NCBI GenBank assembly: GCA_050010195.1
Contig: JBEKLM010000008.1
Location: 7,843 to 71,842 of the forward strand
Direction: 5' to 3'
From: Verrucomicrobiia bacterium
Lineage (GTDB): Bacteria; Verrucomicrobiota; Verrucomicrobiia; Palsa-1439
DNA length: 64,000 nucleotides
The position numbers were made by a program, and so were the translations under genes. The notes beneath the pieces were generated by a model. It was not told the origin of the DNA, did not search any database, and saw nothing but the letters and a program-made list of their open reading frames with translations. The number at the start of each line of letters is the position of its first letter. Positions within the stretch are counted from its first letter, which is position 1. Positions 18,149-27,370 of this stretch are shown here, piece by piece.

Positions 18149-19180
18149 TTGTTTATGGCTGGAAGCACAAGCGGCAAAGGGAAGGGGAGAGGGACAAAAG
18201 CCAATGTAATTGTCTGGACTCTTCTGGTCGTATTGATTCTGACAGCAGGGGTTTTGGCCCTCAATGTGACGCAGCGATTCCACCGTGTCGTCCAAGAGAC
18301 GAATCAGGTGCGCACGGTTGTCCAGGAAGCCGTCAAGCGCCAGGAAATGATCGTCAAGGCGCCCGCCCGCAAGGAGTTCTCCGCGGCGTTTCTCCAAATG
18401 GCGTTCGGCGATAACCCGCAGCTCTTGGATGAAATCAAAGGGTCTCTTAGCAAAGCGCTCGGTGAAAATCCAACACTGGCCCAAGGCGACGTCGCCATGA
18501 TGCTGGTGACGTACCGCGCGGAGGGCGAGTTGCGCGACGTGGCGATCCATATTTTTGGCAATCTGGTGCCCGAAAAGCTCCCGGCATTCAGTTCCGAAGG
18601 CTACTGGAAATCGCAACTCCCCGATAGTTTCTTCAAGATGGGGCAATCGATGCTGGCCACCTTGGGGCGGGAAGTCGTGATTTTGGCCAGCCCGGAAGCC
18701 GAGAAGCGTCAACGGGATCTGCTCGAGGCGATCCTGAACAACCGATACGACACGGTCCAGAATTACCTCCACGAGCCGGTTTCGTTTATTGCGGTCATTC
18801 CCGAACCGGGGTTGTTGTTCACGGATCGATTTCGGCCGTACATGGCGGCGGCGCTGGTCAAAGGAAAGATTTCGCTCGATGAAGGGCGTGCGGAAATGGT
18901 TGCGCTGAGCATGGATCCTCAGAAAGCCCAGGAGCTGGCGCAATTGCTCTCCGACACGCGCATGATGGCCGTGGGCATCGCTCGCGTTCGATACGGCAGT
19001 TCGGTGGCCGAATCGGCTCTCGAACAGTTGTCCCGCGCGCAGATTGTTGCGGACGGACCCGCCGTGAAGATGAGCGTGGTGCTGCCGTCGGATGTAATCG
19101 AACGCGGTCTGCCCCGGGTGATTCGCGCGTTGGCCAAGGGCATCGGCCGGATCCAACGCGGCCCTGGTTATCCCAGCTAG
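18149..19180 (+). CDS. Membrane-anchored hypothetical protein
   Basis: N-terminal TM helix (VIVWTLLVVLILTAGVLALNV), 343 aa, tightly spaced in the same operon. Confidence 0.55.
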   Translation: MFMAGSTSGKGKGRGTKANVIVWTLLVVLILTAGVLALNVTQRFHRVVQETNQVRTVVQEAVKRQEMIVKAPARKEFSAAFLQMAFGDNPQLLDEIKGSLSKALGENPTLAQGDVAMMLVTYRAEGELRDVAIHIFGNLVPEKLPAFSSEGYWKSQLPDSFFKMGQSMLATLGREVVILASPEAEKRQRDLLEAILNNRYDTVQNYLHEPVSFIAVIPEPGLLFTDRFRPYMAAALVKGKISLDEGRAEMVALSMDPQKAQELAQLLSDTRMMAVGIARVRYGSSVAESALEQLSRAQIVADGPAVKMSVVLPSDVIERGLPRVIRALAKGIGRIQRGPGYPS

Positions 19181-19216
19181 GGTGTGAATCCTCGCCTCTG
19201 TGCACTCACGAGGAAG

Positions 19217-21145
19217 ATGACAACACAACAAGTCAAGCGGGTGGTCCTCGGGGCGGTAAGCCTGCTCGTGCTGTCCTGGCCGTCGCTCGCCCAAGAGGCG
19301 GCGTCGACTCCCGCCGATCCCAAACTCAAAGCCGCCTATCAACACCTCCACTTTGACCGCCTGTACCCGGCGGAGGCCGTCGCGTTCATTCAGGGCAAGC
19401 TGCAGAACGCGCCCCGCGCCGTGGATGTTCTCGCCGATGTGGCGTCGGATCAACGCCCCGATGTGCGCGTTCTGGTGGCCATGCTCCTGGGAGAACTCGG
19501 CGAGCCCGACGGCGCCAAGACACTCTGGCATCTGACCCGTGACGACGTGGAATTCGTGCGCACGACCGCCGCCGGGTCCCTGGTGCGGCTGTCGAGCACG
19601 ACGCCCATCGTGAATTCCTGGGAAGGCCTCAAGGACCCCCGCCCCGATGTCCGCAAATTCACCGCGGCTCTCCTCGGTCAGGCATCCGATAAATCGGCCG
19701 AGCCCGCGTTGATCGAGGACATCCGCGACCCGGACGCTTCGGTTCGGGCCGAAGTGGTTGGCTCGCTCGGCTCGTGCGGGACCAGCGCTTCCGTTCCCTC
19801 GCTCGTCGAGTCGTTGCGGGACGATCGCGCGCTGGTTCGGATCGCCGCCGCAAGTTCGCTGGCGCACTTCGCCGATCCGTCGTCGATTCCACCGCTCGTG
19901 GCCGCCTTGAACGACTCCGACTGGCATGTTCGCGCGGCGGCCATCATGTCGTTGTCGTCGCTGGCTGGCAATGACAAGGAGCGCGTCGCCAAGATCATCG
20001 ACCCCATCGCCGCCCGCCTTCAAGATGACCAGTACGCCCTCGTTCGCGACCGCGCTGCCGACGCCCTCGCCCGCCCCAATGACGAAAAGGCCGTCGCGGC
20101 GCTCGTGCAGGCGGTTGTTTCCGAGAATCGCGAAGCCCGGTTTCATGCCCACGAAGCGATCATCAGTTGCCAGGCGGTTTCCGCGCTCCCGCAGTTGGCG
20201 AAATACGTTCACCATGCAAACCGCGATGTCCGCGAAAAGATCGTCCGCATCTTCGGCGAGATCGGCGGGGGCGACCAGGTCCCCTACGTCACCGACGCGC
20301 TGAACGACCCCGATCCGGTCGTTCGTCTCGCCGCCGTCCAGGCGCTCCGCAAACTTCAGGGCGCGGGCATGCTCGAATCGCTCGAGACCAAGTGTACCGA
20401 CGCCGACCCCAACGTCCGCGCCGAGTCCGCCCGCGCTCTCGGCACCATCGGCGATCGCAAAGCCGTGCCGAGGCTGGTCGAACTGCTCCACGACGACAAT
20501 GGGTTTGTCCGCAGCGCCGCCGCCGAGTCGCTCGGTCAACTCGGGGATCGCACCGCCACCGCCGACTTGATTCAGGTGCTGACGGGCGAGAAACGTCACA
20601 CGGCTCAGGGCTCGGAGCAGGAGGGTCTCGTCATCTCGGCACAATCGGGCGTGTTGCCAGGAATTGCCAAATTGAAACTCGTCGAAGAAAAAATCAACGC
20701 CACCAAGGCCCTCGGGGATATCCGTGATCCCGTCGCCGTGGACGCTTTGATTGAGAATGGACTGAAGGCCGAAGACCCGGGGCTCCGCGCGGAGTCCGCC
20801 GTGTCGTTGGGCAAGATCGGCGAGGAGCGTGCGGTCAAACCGCTGGAAGCCACCGTGCGCCCCTACTACGACACCGCCCCCGAGGACAGCCAGGGCGTGA
20901 CCATTTCGTCCGGGCAGGTCGACGAAACGATACGCCTCCGCAAGGAAAAGGAATCCCGCGTCCGCGCCTCCGTCGCCTGGGCGCTCGGCCAGATTGCCGA
21001 TCCGTCCGCACGGGAAATCCTCCGACGCGCCGTGAACGACGAGAACAGCCTCGTCCGCGATGCCGCCGCGGAAGCCCTCGCCAAGATCGCCGAGAAACAG
21101 GAACGCGTCGCCGAAGGCCAGCCCACCGCCCAATCCGCGCACTGA
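19217..21145 (+). CDS. Secreted HEAT-repeat (PBS-lyase-type) protein
   Basis: Signal peptide and more than 10 HEAT-like repeats (…DPDVRAEVVGSLGSCG…, …DSDWHVRAAAIMSLSSLAG…). Confidence 0.8.
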   Translation: MTTQQVKRVVLGAVSLLVLSWPSLAQEAASTPADPKLKAAYQHLHFDRLYPAEAVAFIQGKLQNAPRAVDVLADVASDQRPDVRVLVAMLLGELGEPDGAKTLWHLTRDDVEFVRTTAAGSLVRLSSTTPIVNSWEGLKDPRPDVRKFTAALLGQASDKSAEPALIEDIRDPDASVRAEVVGSLGSCGTSASVPSLVESLRDDRALVRIAAASSLAHFADPSSIPPLVAALNDSDWHVRAAAIMSLSSLAGNDKERVAKIIDPIAARLQDDQYALVRDRAADALARPNDEKAVAALVQAVVSENREARFHAHEAIISCQAVSALPQLAKYVHHANRDVREKIVRIFGEIGGGDQVPYVTDALNDPDPVVRLAAVQALRKLQGAGMLESLETKCTDADPNVRAESARALGTIGDRKAVPRLVELLHDDNGFVRSAAAESLGQLGDRTATADLIQVLTGEKRHTAQGSEQEGLVISAQSGVLPGIAKLKLVEEKINATKALGDIRDPVAVDALIENGLKAEDPGLRAESAVSLGKIGEERAVKPLEATVRPYYDTAPEDSQGVTISSGQVDETIRLRKEKESRVRASVAWALGQIADPSAREILRRAVNDENSLVRDAAAEALAKIAEKQERVAEGQPTAQSAH

Positions 21146-21814
21146 TTCCGTGCGGCTGGATGGCTTCGTCCGTCATTTTTGCCTCTCCCATGGCCCTCCG
21201 GATCCCCTAAACGAACCAAATTCTGGCTTCGTTCTTGGCCTTCCCATTTGCAGACTTCCACGCTGGCCTATGCAGAATTGGCTTCGTTTGGCAGAAAGCG
21301 CGTTTTCACGCAGCTCTCTGCCTCCCCAGTTCACCCTGCTTGCCCTGAACAGCGTCGAAGGGTAGCCGCGTCCCGTGTACGCGGACCGGTCATCCGCCCG
21401 GCCACCCATCCGCCATCCCTCATTGTTAGACCGTCTTCCGTCGCACCTCATTACCTCATTTCAAAGATCCAACCCCGCCAGCCCGGCGCCATCACCAGGC
21501 CGGCCCCAACACCACTAAAAACCCATCCATCACATGCGCGTATAGATAAACACGATACAACGTCAGATCGAAAAAGAGATAGATGGCCAACCATCCCGCA
21601 ACGGGGGGGCGAGCGGCTCGGGCCACACCCGGACGAAACGGGCACGCTTGTGTGCCAGGCGCGCAAAACCCGGCGACACTTCCCAGACATATAAGCCTTG
21701 ACTGAGTAACAGCATTTTGCTATGCCACTCCACGGGGTTGTCTTGGGGGTCATTCCACGTGTTCTCGACTCGCGCCGGTCTGGGCACCAACAGTTGTTGG
21801 ACAAGGAGTCGATC

Positions 21815-22147
21815 ATGAACCTCAGTGAGATAGTTGCGGTGGCACTGTTCCTGACCGTCTTGGGCGTTGTCCCCATTCTCTTGATAGGAATTGTCGGCGG
21901 TCGCCAATCTACCGATCCGGGTCTTCTGGAATGCCCTCACTGCGGGGCTTACAACCATAAAACCAAAGAGCACTGCTACTGCTGTGGCTTTGGCTTTGTC
22001 CTCCCGCAATCGGACAGGCCGGACCCTGCCCTGATTCAGCGGGTGAAGCAGGCAGATGCCAGCAGAATGAGACGGGAAGCCGAACCTCAAATTCTCCGAG
22101 TAGTCGAGGATGAGCCACAGCGCGCAGAGAAAGCGAGTGACCCGTGA
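21815..22147 (+). CDS. Small membrane protein with a C-terminal zinc ribbon
   Basis: AAGGAG RBS. TM helix IVAVALFLTVLGVVPILLIGIVGG. CPHCG…CYCCG. Confidence 0.45.
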   Translation: MNLSEIVAVALFLTVLGVVPILLIGIVGGRQSTDPGLLECPHCGAYNHKTKEHCYCCGFGFVLPQSDRPDPALIQRVKQADASRMRREAEPQILRVVEDEPQRAEKASDP

Positions 22148-22175
22148 AAGCCGGACGAGGAGGACCAATGATTTT

Positions 22176-22457
22176 ATGAACCATCGCAGCCTGTTAAGGG
22201 ACGCGAACCCCCGAGTTGAAACTGCTTCCCAAACAACCCTTCCACACCGGCAGTTGACCGACCAGCATCGGAAGAGCCTTTCCAAGTCCATGAAGAAGAT
22301 GTGGGCCAGGCGGGGCGGACTGTCGAATGAACATCGCCAGAAGATTTCGGTTTCCGTGGTGAAGTGGTGGGCCAAGCGGGACAGAGGCAAAGCCCGCGGG
22401 AGCGATCGAGCCGTGTTAGCAACGGCGAACCCGCTGAAGGACGTTGGGGAGAGATAG
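22176..22457 (+). CDS. Small protein with two NUMOD3-like DNA-binding motifs (a homing-endonuclease-associated module)
   Basis: TDQHRKSLSKSMKKMWARR and SNEHRQKISVSVVKWWAKR match the NUMOD3 pattern (S-x-E-H-R-x-K-I-S). The patch has lower GC. Confidence 0.4.
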   Translation: MNHRSLLRDANPRVETASQTTLPHRQLTDQHRKSLSKSMKKMWARRGGLSNEHRQKISVSVVKWWAKRDRGKARGSDRAVLATANPLKDVGER

Positions 22458-22495
22458 CCGGTGCCCGTTACGGCATCGAAATGGAGGGCGGTCCC

Positions 22496-23911
22496 ATGAA
22501 ATGGTTACTCGCAACGGGGGGGTTGCTGGGTGTGCTGTTCCTGATGTCGGCATCTGGGGATGACCCACGCGATGCTCGATCTTCTGTGGATGTCGCTGTC
22601 GAATTACGGAATCAAGATGCGGCATTGTCTCTGTTGCTGGAGGCCTTTCGACAAATTCAAAGCTCGGTGATTCAATCAGACTACGACTCACGGATCCGTG
22701 CCGTAGGCTCCTCAAGGGACACGGAAGTTCGTCGCACGGTGGCCATTCTGGCCGACATCGAGCGCTACCTTCGGGGCCGGAAACTTGAGAAACAAGTGGG
22801 GAGTTTATTGACGGCCTACGAGTACGCGCGAAAGGCCGACGAACGCGAGGCCGGTGTCATCGTTCCGAGCGGTGTCGACCTTGGAACCGCAGCCAATACA
22901 CTGAAAGAGTTTCGTTTCATTCAGGGGACTCCTCCCGTCCTGGAAGTCAGTGTCGAAACGCCTGTTTTTAGTTCAGGCCCTGCGGCATCGAGTGAGGCTG
23001 CGCGTCCGGCCGCACTGCAGAAGTATCTGACGCTTCTGAGCGGCCTTTATACGAACGATGCCATACTTGTCGGAGCGGTCCAATCACTGCTGGACGAACG
23101 CGCGCAGCAAACCGATTCGGTCCAGGCCGGTCCCGCTTTGGTTGCGATTAGCTATCGAACAGTGGCCGGTAACACGAGTAATGTTGTCGTTCAACTATTC
23201 GACCCTCCGAAGCAAACAACAGAGCGTGTCGTGGCAAATACGCGGTTGGCAGCGTCACGCCTTGGCCCGGAGATTTTAGGCCCCATCGACGAATGGTTGA
23301 ACCTGCTCACGGAAACGCACATTAATTACCTTGGTCCGGAGAAGGAAGTATTCATGCGCCAGCGCGCATTTCATTTGGCACTCCAGGCCGACCTGACATT
23401 AATGCGCGAGCAAACAGTTGAACCACTGCACCTGGTCATCTTACTGACAGATCCGGAACCGCTTCTTCCGCAGTGTTTGTCACGCCGAGTCCGCTCGGCA
23501 ATCGTCGAAGCCGATCTGGCGTATGGAGAATGGCAATGCCGGGTTCATCTCATGACCGCTGAGAATGATACCGCGCAACAAGTGGAATTGCTTCTGGCGA
23601 GTTGGCGCGACATGGCCGTGAGCGTGCTCGATATTTACGGGAGTTCGGCCACAAATCCCTCTGCTCGCCGCGCATTGGAAACTGGCACCCTTACGGTTCA
23701 AGGGAACGAAGTTCTTGTCACTGGCTCGGTCCCAAGCAGCTTGGGCCTGCGAGCAGTCACAAAACTGACCCGCTGGGCAGTCGAAGAAGCCGCTTGGGAA
23801 GATGAGCCAAAGATGGTCACCATCTGCCAGGGTGGGAAAATTCAGCAGGTCCGGGCACTTGATCTTTCCGCATGCCTGGCCAAAGGCGCTCACCTCGGGC
23901 CTTGTCGCTGA
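22496..23911 (+). CDS. Secreted hypothetical protein, paralog 1, with a Cys-containing C-terminal tail
   Basis: Signal peptide MKWLLATGGLLGVLFLMSASG. The C-terminal 250 aa align with the next gene. The tail is …HLGPCR. Confidence 0.65.
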   Translation: MKWLLATGGLLGVLFLMSASGDDPRDARSSVDVAVELRNQDAALSLLLEAFRQIQSSVIQSDYDSRIRAVGSSRDTEVRRTVAILADIERYLRGRKLEKQVGSLLTAYEYARKADEREAGVIVPSGVDLGTAANTLKEFRFIQGTPPVLEVSVETPVFSSGPAASSEAARPAALQKYLTLLSGLYTNDAILVGAVQSLLDERAQQTDSVQAGPALVAISYRTVAGNTSNVVVQLFDPPKQTTERVVANTRLAASRLGPEILGPIDEWLNLLTETHINYLGPEKEVFMRQRAFHLALQADLTLMREQTVEPLHLVILLTDPEPLLPQCLSRRVRSAIVEADLAYGEWQCRVHLMTAENDTAQQVELLLASWRDMAVSVLDIYGSSATNPSARRALETGTLTVQGNEVLVTGSVPSSLGLRAVTKLTRWAVEEAAWEDEPKMVTICQGGKIQQVRALDLSACLAKGAHLGPCR

Positions 23912-24172
23912 TCGTGCCATTGGCGGGTGTTCGGCGAGCTTTTCGATCCCCTCTCTGCCCCGCAGGAACCCGCCCGCCTCAAAATCCAAAGCAGGACATG
24001 CTCCGCCCGCAAGCCTGGGTTGACTTTGCGGGTCGATGGTCTATCTTGAACGTGGCGTTCGGTGTTGGGGTCTTGCCGAAAACGGGCTGTTCTCGGCCCG
24101 TTTCGTGTTGCGATTTTCGCGGAATCCCCCACAGAGAAGACTGGCACCGAACTTGCATATTTGAGAGCCGAA

Positions 24173-25327
24173 ATGAACAAGACATCTAACATCCAACTCG
24201 CCGGAACGCTCTGCCGGCGCCTTGGTTCCATTGGTCTTTCCCTGTTGGCGGTAATCTCTCTGTCAATGCGTTGCCGCGCGGCGGCACTCGCACCGGTTTC
24301 ACCGACTCCGATGCCGAACGCCGTGGTCGCACCATCTCCCGCCACGTCCATTTCCAGCGCGCACTCCACGAAACCGGCGTCCACAATCGCCCCGGCAAAT
24401 TACACGGAATGCCTCACGCTGTTGCAGGGAACCGACCGGATCAGCCCTGTTCTCGTCGAAGCCGTCGCCCAACTCTTGAACCATCCCGAAAACGCTTCCC
24501 AGGCCGTCCCCCAGAGGCCGCCCTCGCTCCTGGCCGTGACCTGGCGCGAGAACGCGGGTCAGGTGCGCGACATCGTCGTCCAAGCGTACTACGAACCGCT
24601 GGGCGGAGATGTCAGCACTTTGAACGCCGATGGTTATGTCCGTGCCCGGTTGGGTGGCGAATTGTCCAGTTCCGCGAACCAACTTCTTGGCCTGATGTAC
24701 GAGCAGGTCGTGTACTTCGGGCCCAAGAACCAGGTGGCACTTGAACAGCGCGCCTTCCAGGCGGCCATCAACGGCGACATGACACTTCTGCGGGAGCAAA
24801 CGGTCGATCCGTTGCGTCTCCTCGTCGTGATGCCGCACGGCGGCACGTTTCTCCCGTCGAGCCTTCGGTCCCGCGTCCGCGGCATGGTTCTCAATGCCAC
24901 GCTGGACTTTGGAACCTGGAGCGGTCAAATCGGCATGGTGACCAGTGATGGCGAGTCGGCGGAACAGGTCGGCACCATCGTGTCCGCCTGGCGCGATATG
25001 GCCGTGTCACTGGCCGATACGTTCGCCAGTTACAGTTCGGGAAAACAACTTCGTGACGCGCTCCAGGCGAGCACCGTTCAGGTCGTGGCCAATCGCGTGT
25101 TGGCCTCCGCCTCGGTCGACTCCCGCACGATCGTGCGCGCCTCGAAGGAAATCACCGGCCACGGCGGCGGTTGCCCGCCGGGCGGCGTCTGCTCGAAGGA
25201 CACCGTGGCGGTGTGCCACAAGATCAATAGTACACGCGAGGAGACTGTGTGCGTCGCCCCGACGGCCGTCGCAGCCCACCTGGCGGCGGGGGACCACTGC
25301 GGCCCGTGCGAGGGCAATGGCCCGTAA
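24173..25327 (+). CDS. Secreted hypothetical protein, paralog 2, with a Cys-rich tail
   Basis: Signal peptide. It is collinear with paralog 1 (…FGPKNQVALEQRAFQAAINGDMTLLREQTVDPL…). The tail is GGGCPPGGVCSK…VCVAP…HLAAGDHCGPCEGNGP. Confidence 0.65.
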   Translation: MNKTSNIQLAGTLCRRLGSIGLSLLAVISLSMRCRAAALAPVSPTPMPNAVVAPSPATSISSAHSTKPASTIAPANYTECLTLLQGTDRISPVLVEAVAQLLNHPENASQAVPQRPPSLLAVTWRENAGQVRDIVVQAYYEPLGGDVSTLNADGYVRARLGGELSSSANQLLGLMYEQVVYFGPKNQVALEQRAFQAAINGDMTLLREQTVDPLRLLVVMPHGGTFLPSSLRSRVRGMVLNATLDFGTWSGQIGMVTSDGESAEQVGTIVSAWRDMAVSLADTFASYSSGKQLRDALQASTVQVVANRVLASASVDSRTIVRASKEITGHGGGCPPGGVCSKDTVAVCHKINSTREETVCVAPTAVAAHLAAGDHCGPCEGNGP

Positions 25328-25434
25328 GTCGTGGTCTCGACTTCTGCTCAATTGGTGATGGCGCGGCCGAAAACTCAGCAGCTCGTTTGCTGGTCGAAGT
25401 TTCGTTCCAATCAGGTTTGTTGCGGGGGGAGCCG

Positions 25435-26481
25435 TTGATTCTGAAAACACCGTGGTACCGTCCTGTTCCGGCCGTTGTCATTTGGTTCCTCTGTGGAGCC
25501 TCGCTGGGGGTTTTGCACATCGCCGCGGCCGAAACCGACTCATCCAAACAGGAATTGGGACGGCTCGCGGCCTGGCTCCAATCCCCGGACGAAGGCGAGC
25601 GCGAGGACGCCATCCGCGAACTGGCCAACCTGCACACCCCGGAAGCACTCTCCCTGATGCTGCGGGGGCTTCAAGACACCAACGCCGCCGTTCGCGCGTC
25701 GGCCGCGTGGAGCCTGGTTCTGGCCCCGGCGGGCACGGATACAATCAACGCCCTGCGCAACGTGCTGGCCGATGACAACGACCGCGTGCGCGCCTCGGCG
25801 ATCTGGACGCTCGCCCACATTGGCGGCAAGGCGGTCCTCCCGGATGTCGTGCGCCTGGCCACCAACGACGCCTCCGGCATCGTGCGCTTTCGCGCGGTGT
25901 GGGGCCTGGCATTTATTCACGACAAATCCGCGTTGCCGGTCGCCATTCATGCCCTCGGCGATTACAATAACTCCGTTCGCGAACGGTCCGCGCTTCTGGC
26001 CATCGACTCCATGGCCGACAAATCTTCCGTCATCCCGCTCCTGCTCACGCAACGCGCCCATGTCCTGCCCGCGACGCGACGCATTGTGATGTATCTCCTT
26101 GCCAAATATGGCGATGCGTCCGTCGTTCCGGCGTTGACCGACGGCCTGAAGGACCCGGACGCGCTGGTGCGTGGGGAAGCGGCCATTTCGCTCGGAAAAC
26201 TTCACGCCCGAAAAGCGTTGGGCGCACTCCAGCCGGCCTTGCAGGACCCCGACGATCATGTCCGCGGTTCGGCGGCGTACGGTGTCGGATTGATGGGCGA
26301 CCCGGCCGGCGTGGCGCTCTTGCGTCCGCTCCTGAAGGACGACAGTGCCTTCGTGCGCGCCGTCGCGGCGGATTCCTTGCAAACGCTCGGCGACCGGACC
26401 GCCCAACCGCCCGAAGGTTTCAAGTCCTCGGAGTTGTTCACGTTCCCCATCTTCAGCCCCGAGCAGAAAGACTTGTACTGA
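25435..26481 (+). CDS. HEAT-repeat (PBS-lyase-type) protein. The start is uncertain (TTG proposed)
   Basis: Repeats …EDAIRELANLHTPEALSLMLRGLQDTNAAVRASAAWSL… An N-terminal hydrophobic segment is present. Confidence 0.65.
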   Translation: MILKTPWYRPVPAVVIWFLCGASLGVLHIAAAETDSSKQELGRLAAWLQSPDEGEREDAIRELANLHTPEALSLMLRGLQDTNAAVRASAAWSLVLAPAGTDTINALRNVLADDNDRVRASAIWTLAHIGGKAVLPDVVRLATNDASGIVRFRAVWGLAFIHDKSALPVAIHALGDYNNSVRERSALLAIDSMADKSSVIPLLLTQRAHVLPATRRIVMYLLAKYGDASVVPALTDGLKDPDALVRGEAAISLGKLHARKALGALQPALQDPDDHVRGSAAYGVGLMGDPAGVALLRPLLKDDSAFVRAVAADSLQTLGDRTAQPPEGFKSSELFTFPIFSPEQKDLY

Positions 26482-26545
26482 AGCATCTTTGAGGTGGTGG
26501 CACAGGCGTCTCTGCCTGTGGATTCCAAGTAACAACGCCCGTCGC

Positions 26546-27331
26546 TCACGCTCTTACCGGCGGACAAATCCCGTTCGGCGAGTTCCGCACGAATTCGATA
26601 AACTCCCGCGCTTCGGACGTGGTGAACGCCCCGTCCCGTGACGCTTCCGCCAACGCTTGTGTGCCGTTCATCCCCGAGAGGTAGAATAGCTGGTAAAGCT
26701 TTTTCAGTTCCCCCAGCGCTTCCCGGGAAATCTTCATCCGTCGCAGGCCGACCAGGTTCAACGCGTGGATCTCGTTGCGCTCCGCCGCCAGCGTGAACGG
26801 CGGCACGTCCATCGACACCCGCGCATTCCCGGAAAACATCGCCAGCCGTCCCACGTGCGTGAATTGGTGGATCACCACGCCACCCGAGATGAATGCGCGG
26901 TCGCCCACGTGCACGTGGCCCGCCACCAGCGCGCAATTGCAGATGATCACATTGTTGCCGATTACACAGTTGTGGCCAACATGCGCCGTGGCCATGATGT
27001 AACAATCGTTGCCGATGACCGTCGCGCTCTCGGGTTCCGTCCCGCGGTGGATGTTGCAGTACTCGCGGAACACGTTGCGGTCGCCGATGCGCAAGTACGT
27101 CCGCCGTGACCGGTCAAACTTCAAATCCTGCGGTTCATGCCCGATCACCGCGCCCATGTGGATTTCGTTGTCGCGTCCGATCTCCGTGTGGCCTGTCAGA
27201 TACGCATTTGCCCAAATCCGCGTTCCCGCACCGACCTTCACGTGCTCCTCGATGACCACATTCGGCCCCACCTCGACGCTCGAATCGAGTTGCGCCTTCG
27301 GACTGATAATGGCTGTCGGATGAATCGACAT
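26546..27331 (-). CDS. lpxA: Acyl-ACP–UDP-N-acetylglucosamine O-acyltransferase LpxA
   Basis: Left-handed beta-helix hexapeptide repeats and LpxA N-terminal conservation (MSIHPTAIISPKAQL…). Confidence 0.9.
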   Translation of the reverse strand: MSIHPTAIISPKAQLDSSVEVGPNVVIEEHVKVGAGTRIWANAYLTGHTEIGRDNEIHMGAVIGHEPQDLKFDRSRRTYLRIGDRNVFREYCNIHRGTEPESATVIGNDCYIMATAHVGHNCVIGNNVIICNCALVAGHVHVGDRAFISGGVVIHQFTHVGRLAMFSGNARVSMDVPPFTLAAERNEIHALNLVGLRRMKISREALGELKKLYQLFYLSGMNGTQALAEASRDGAFTTSEAREFIEFVRNSPNGICPPVRA

Positions 27332-27370
27332 GGCGCCGACTATACCAAACCCAGGAACCGTGATTCGAGA

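Noticed and set aside
17711-21142. 1143-aa ORF on the minus strand
   Set aside because: It lies exactly antisense to the coherent plus-strand operon (TM protein plus HEAT-repeat gene, which have recognisable repeats, a signal peptide and tight gene spacing). The minus-strand product is R/G/A-rich low-complexity, the typical shadow ORF of a high-GC coding region.
21563-22390. 275-aa minus-strand ORF
   Set aside because: It is W/R-rich with no motifs, and it overlaps the plus-strand small genes that have an RBS and zinc-ribbon and NUMOD3 motifs.
26256-27005. 249-aa minus-strand ORF overlapping lpxA in another frame
   Set aside because: lpxA (26546..27331) shows hexapeptide-repeat homology, and this alternative frame has none.
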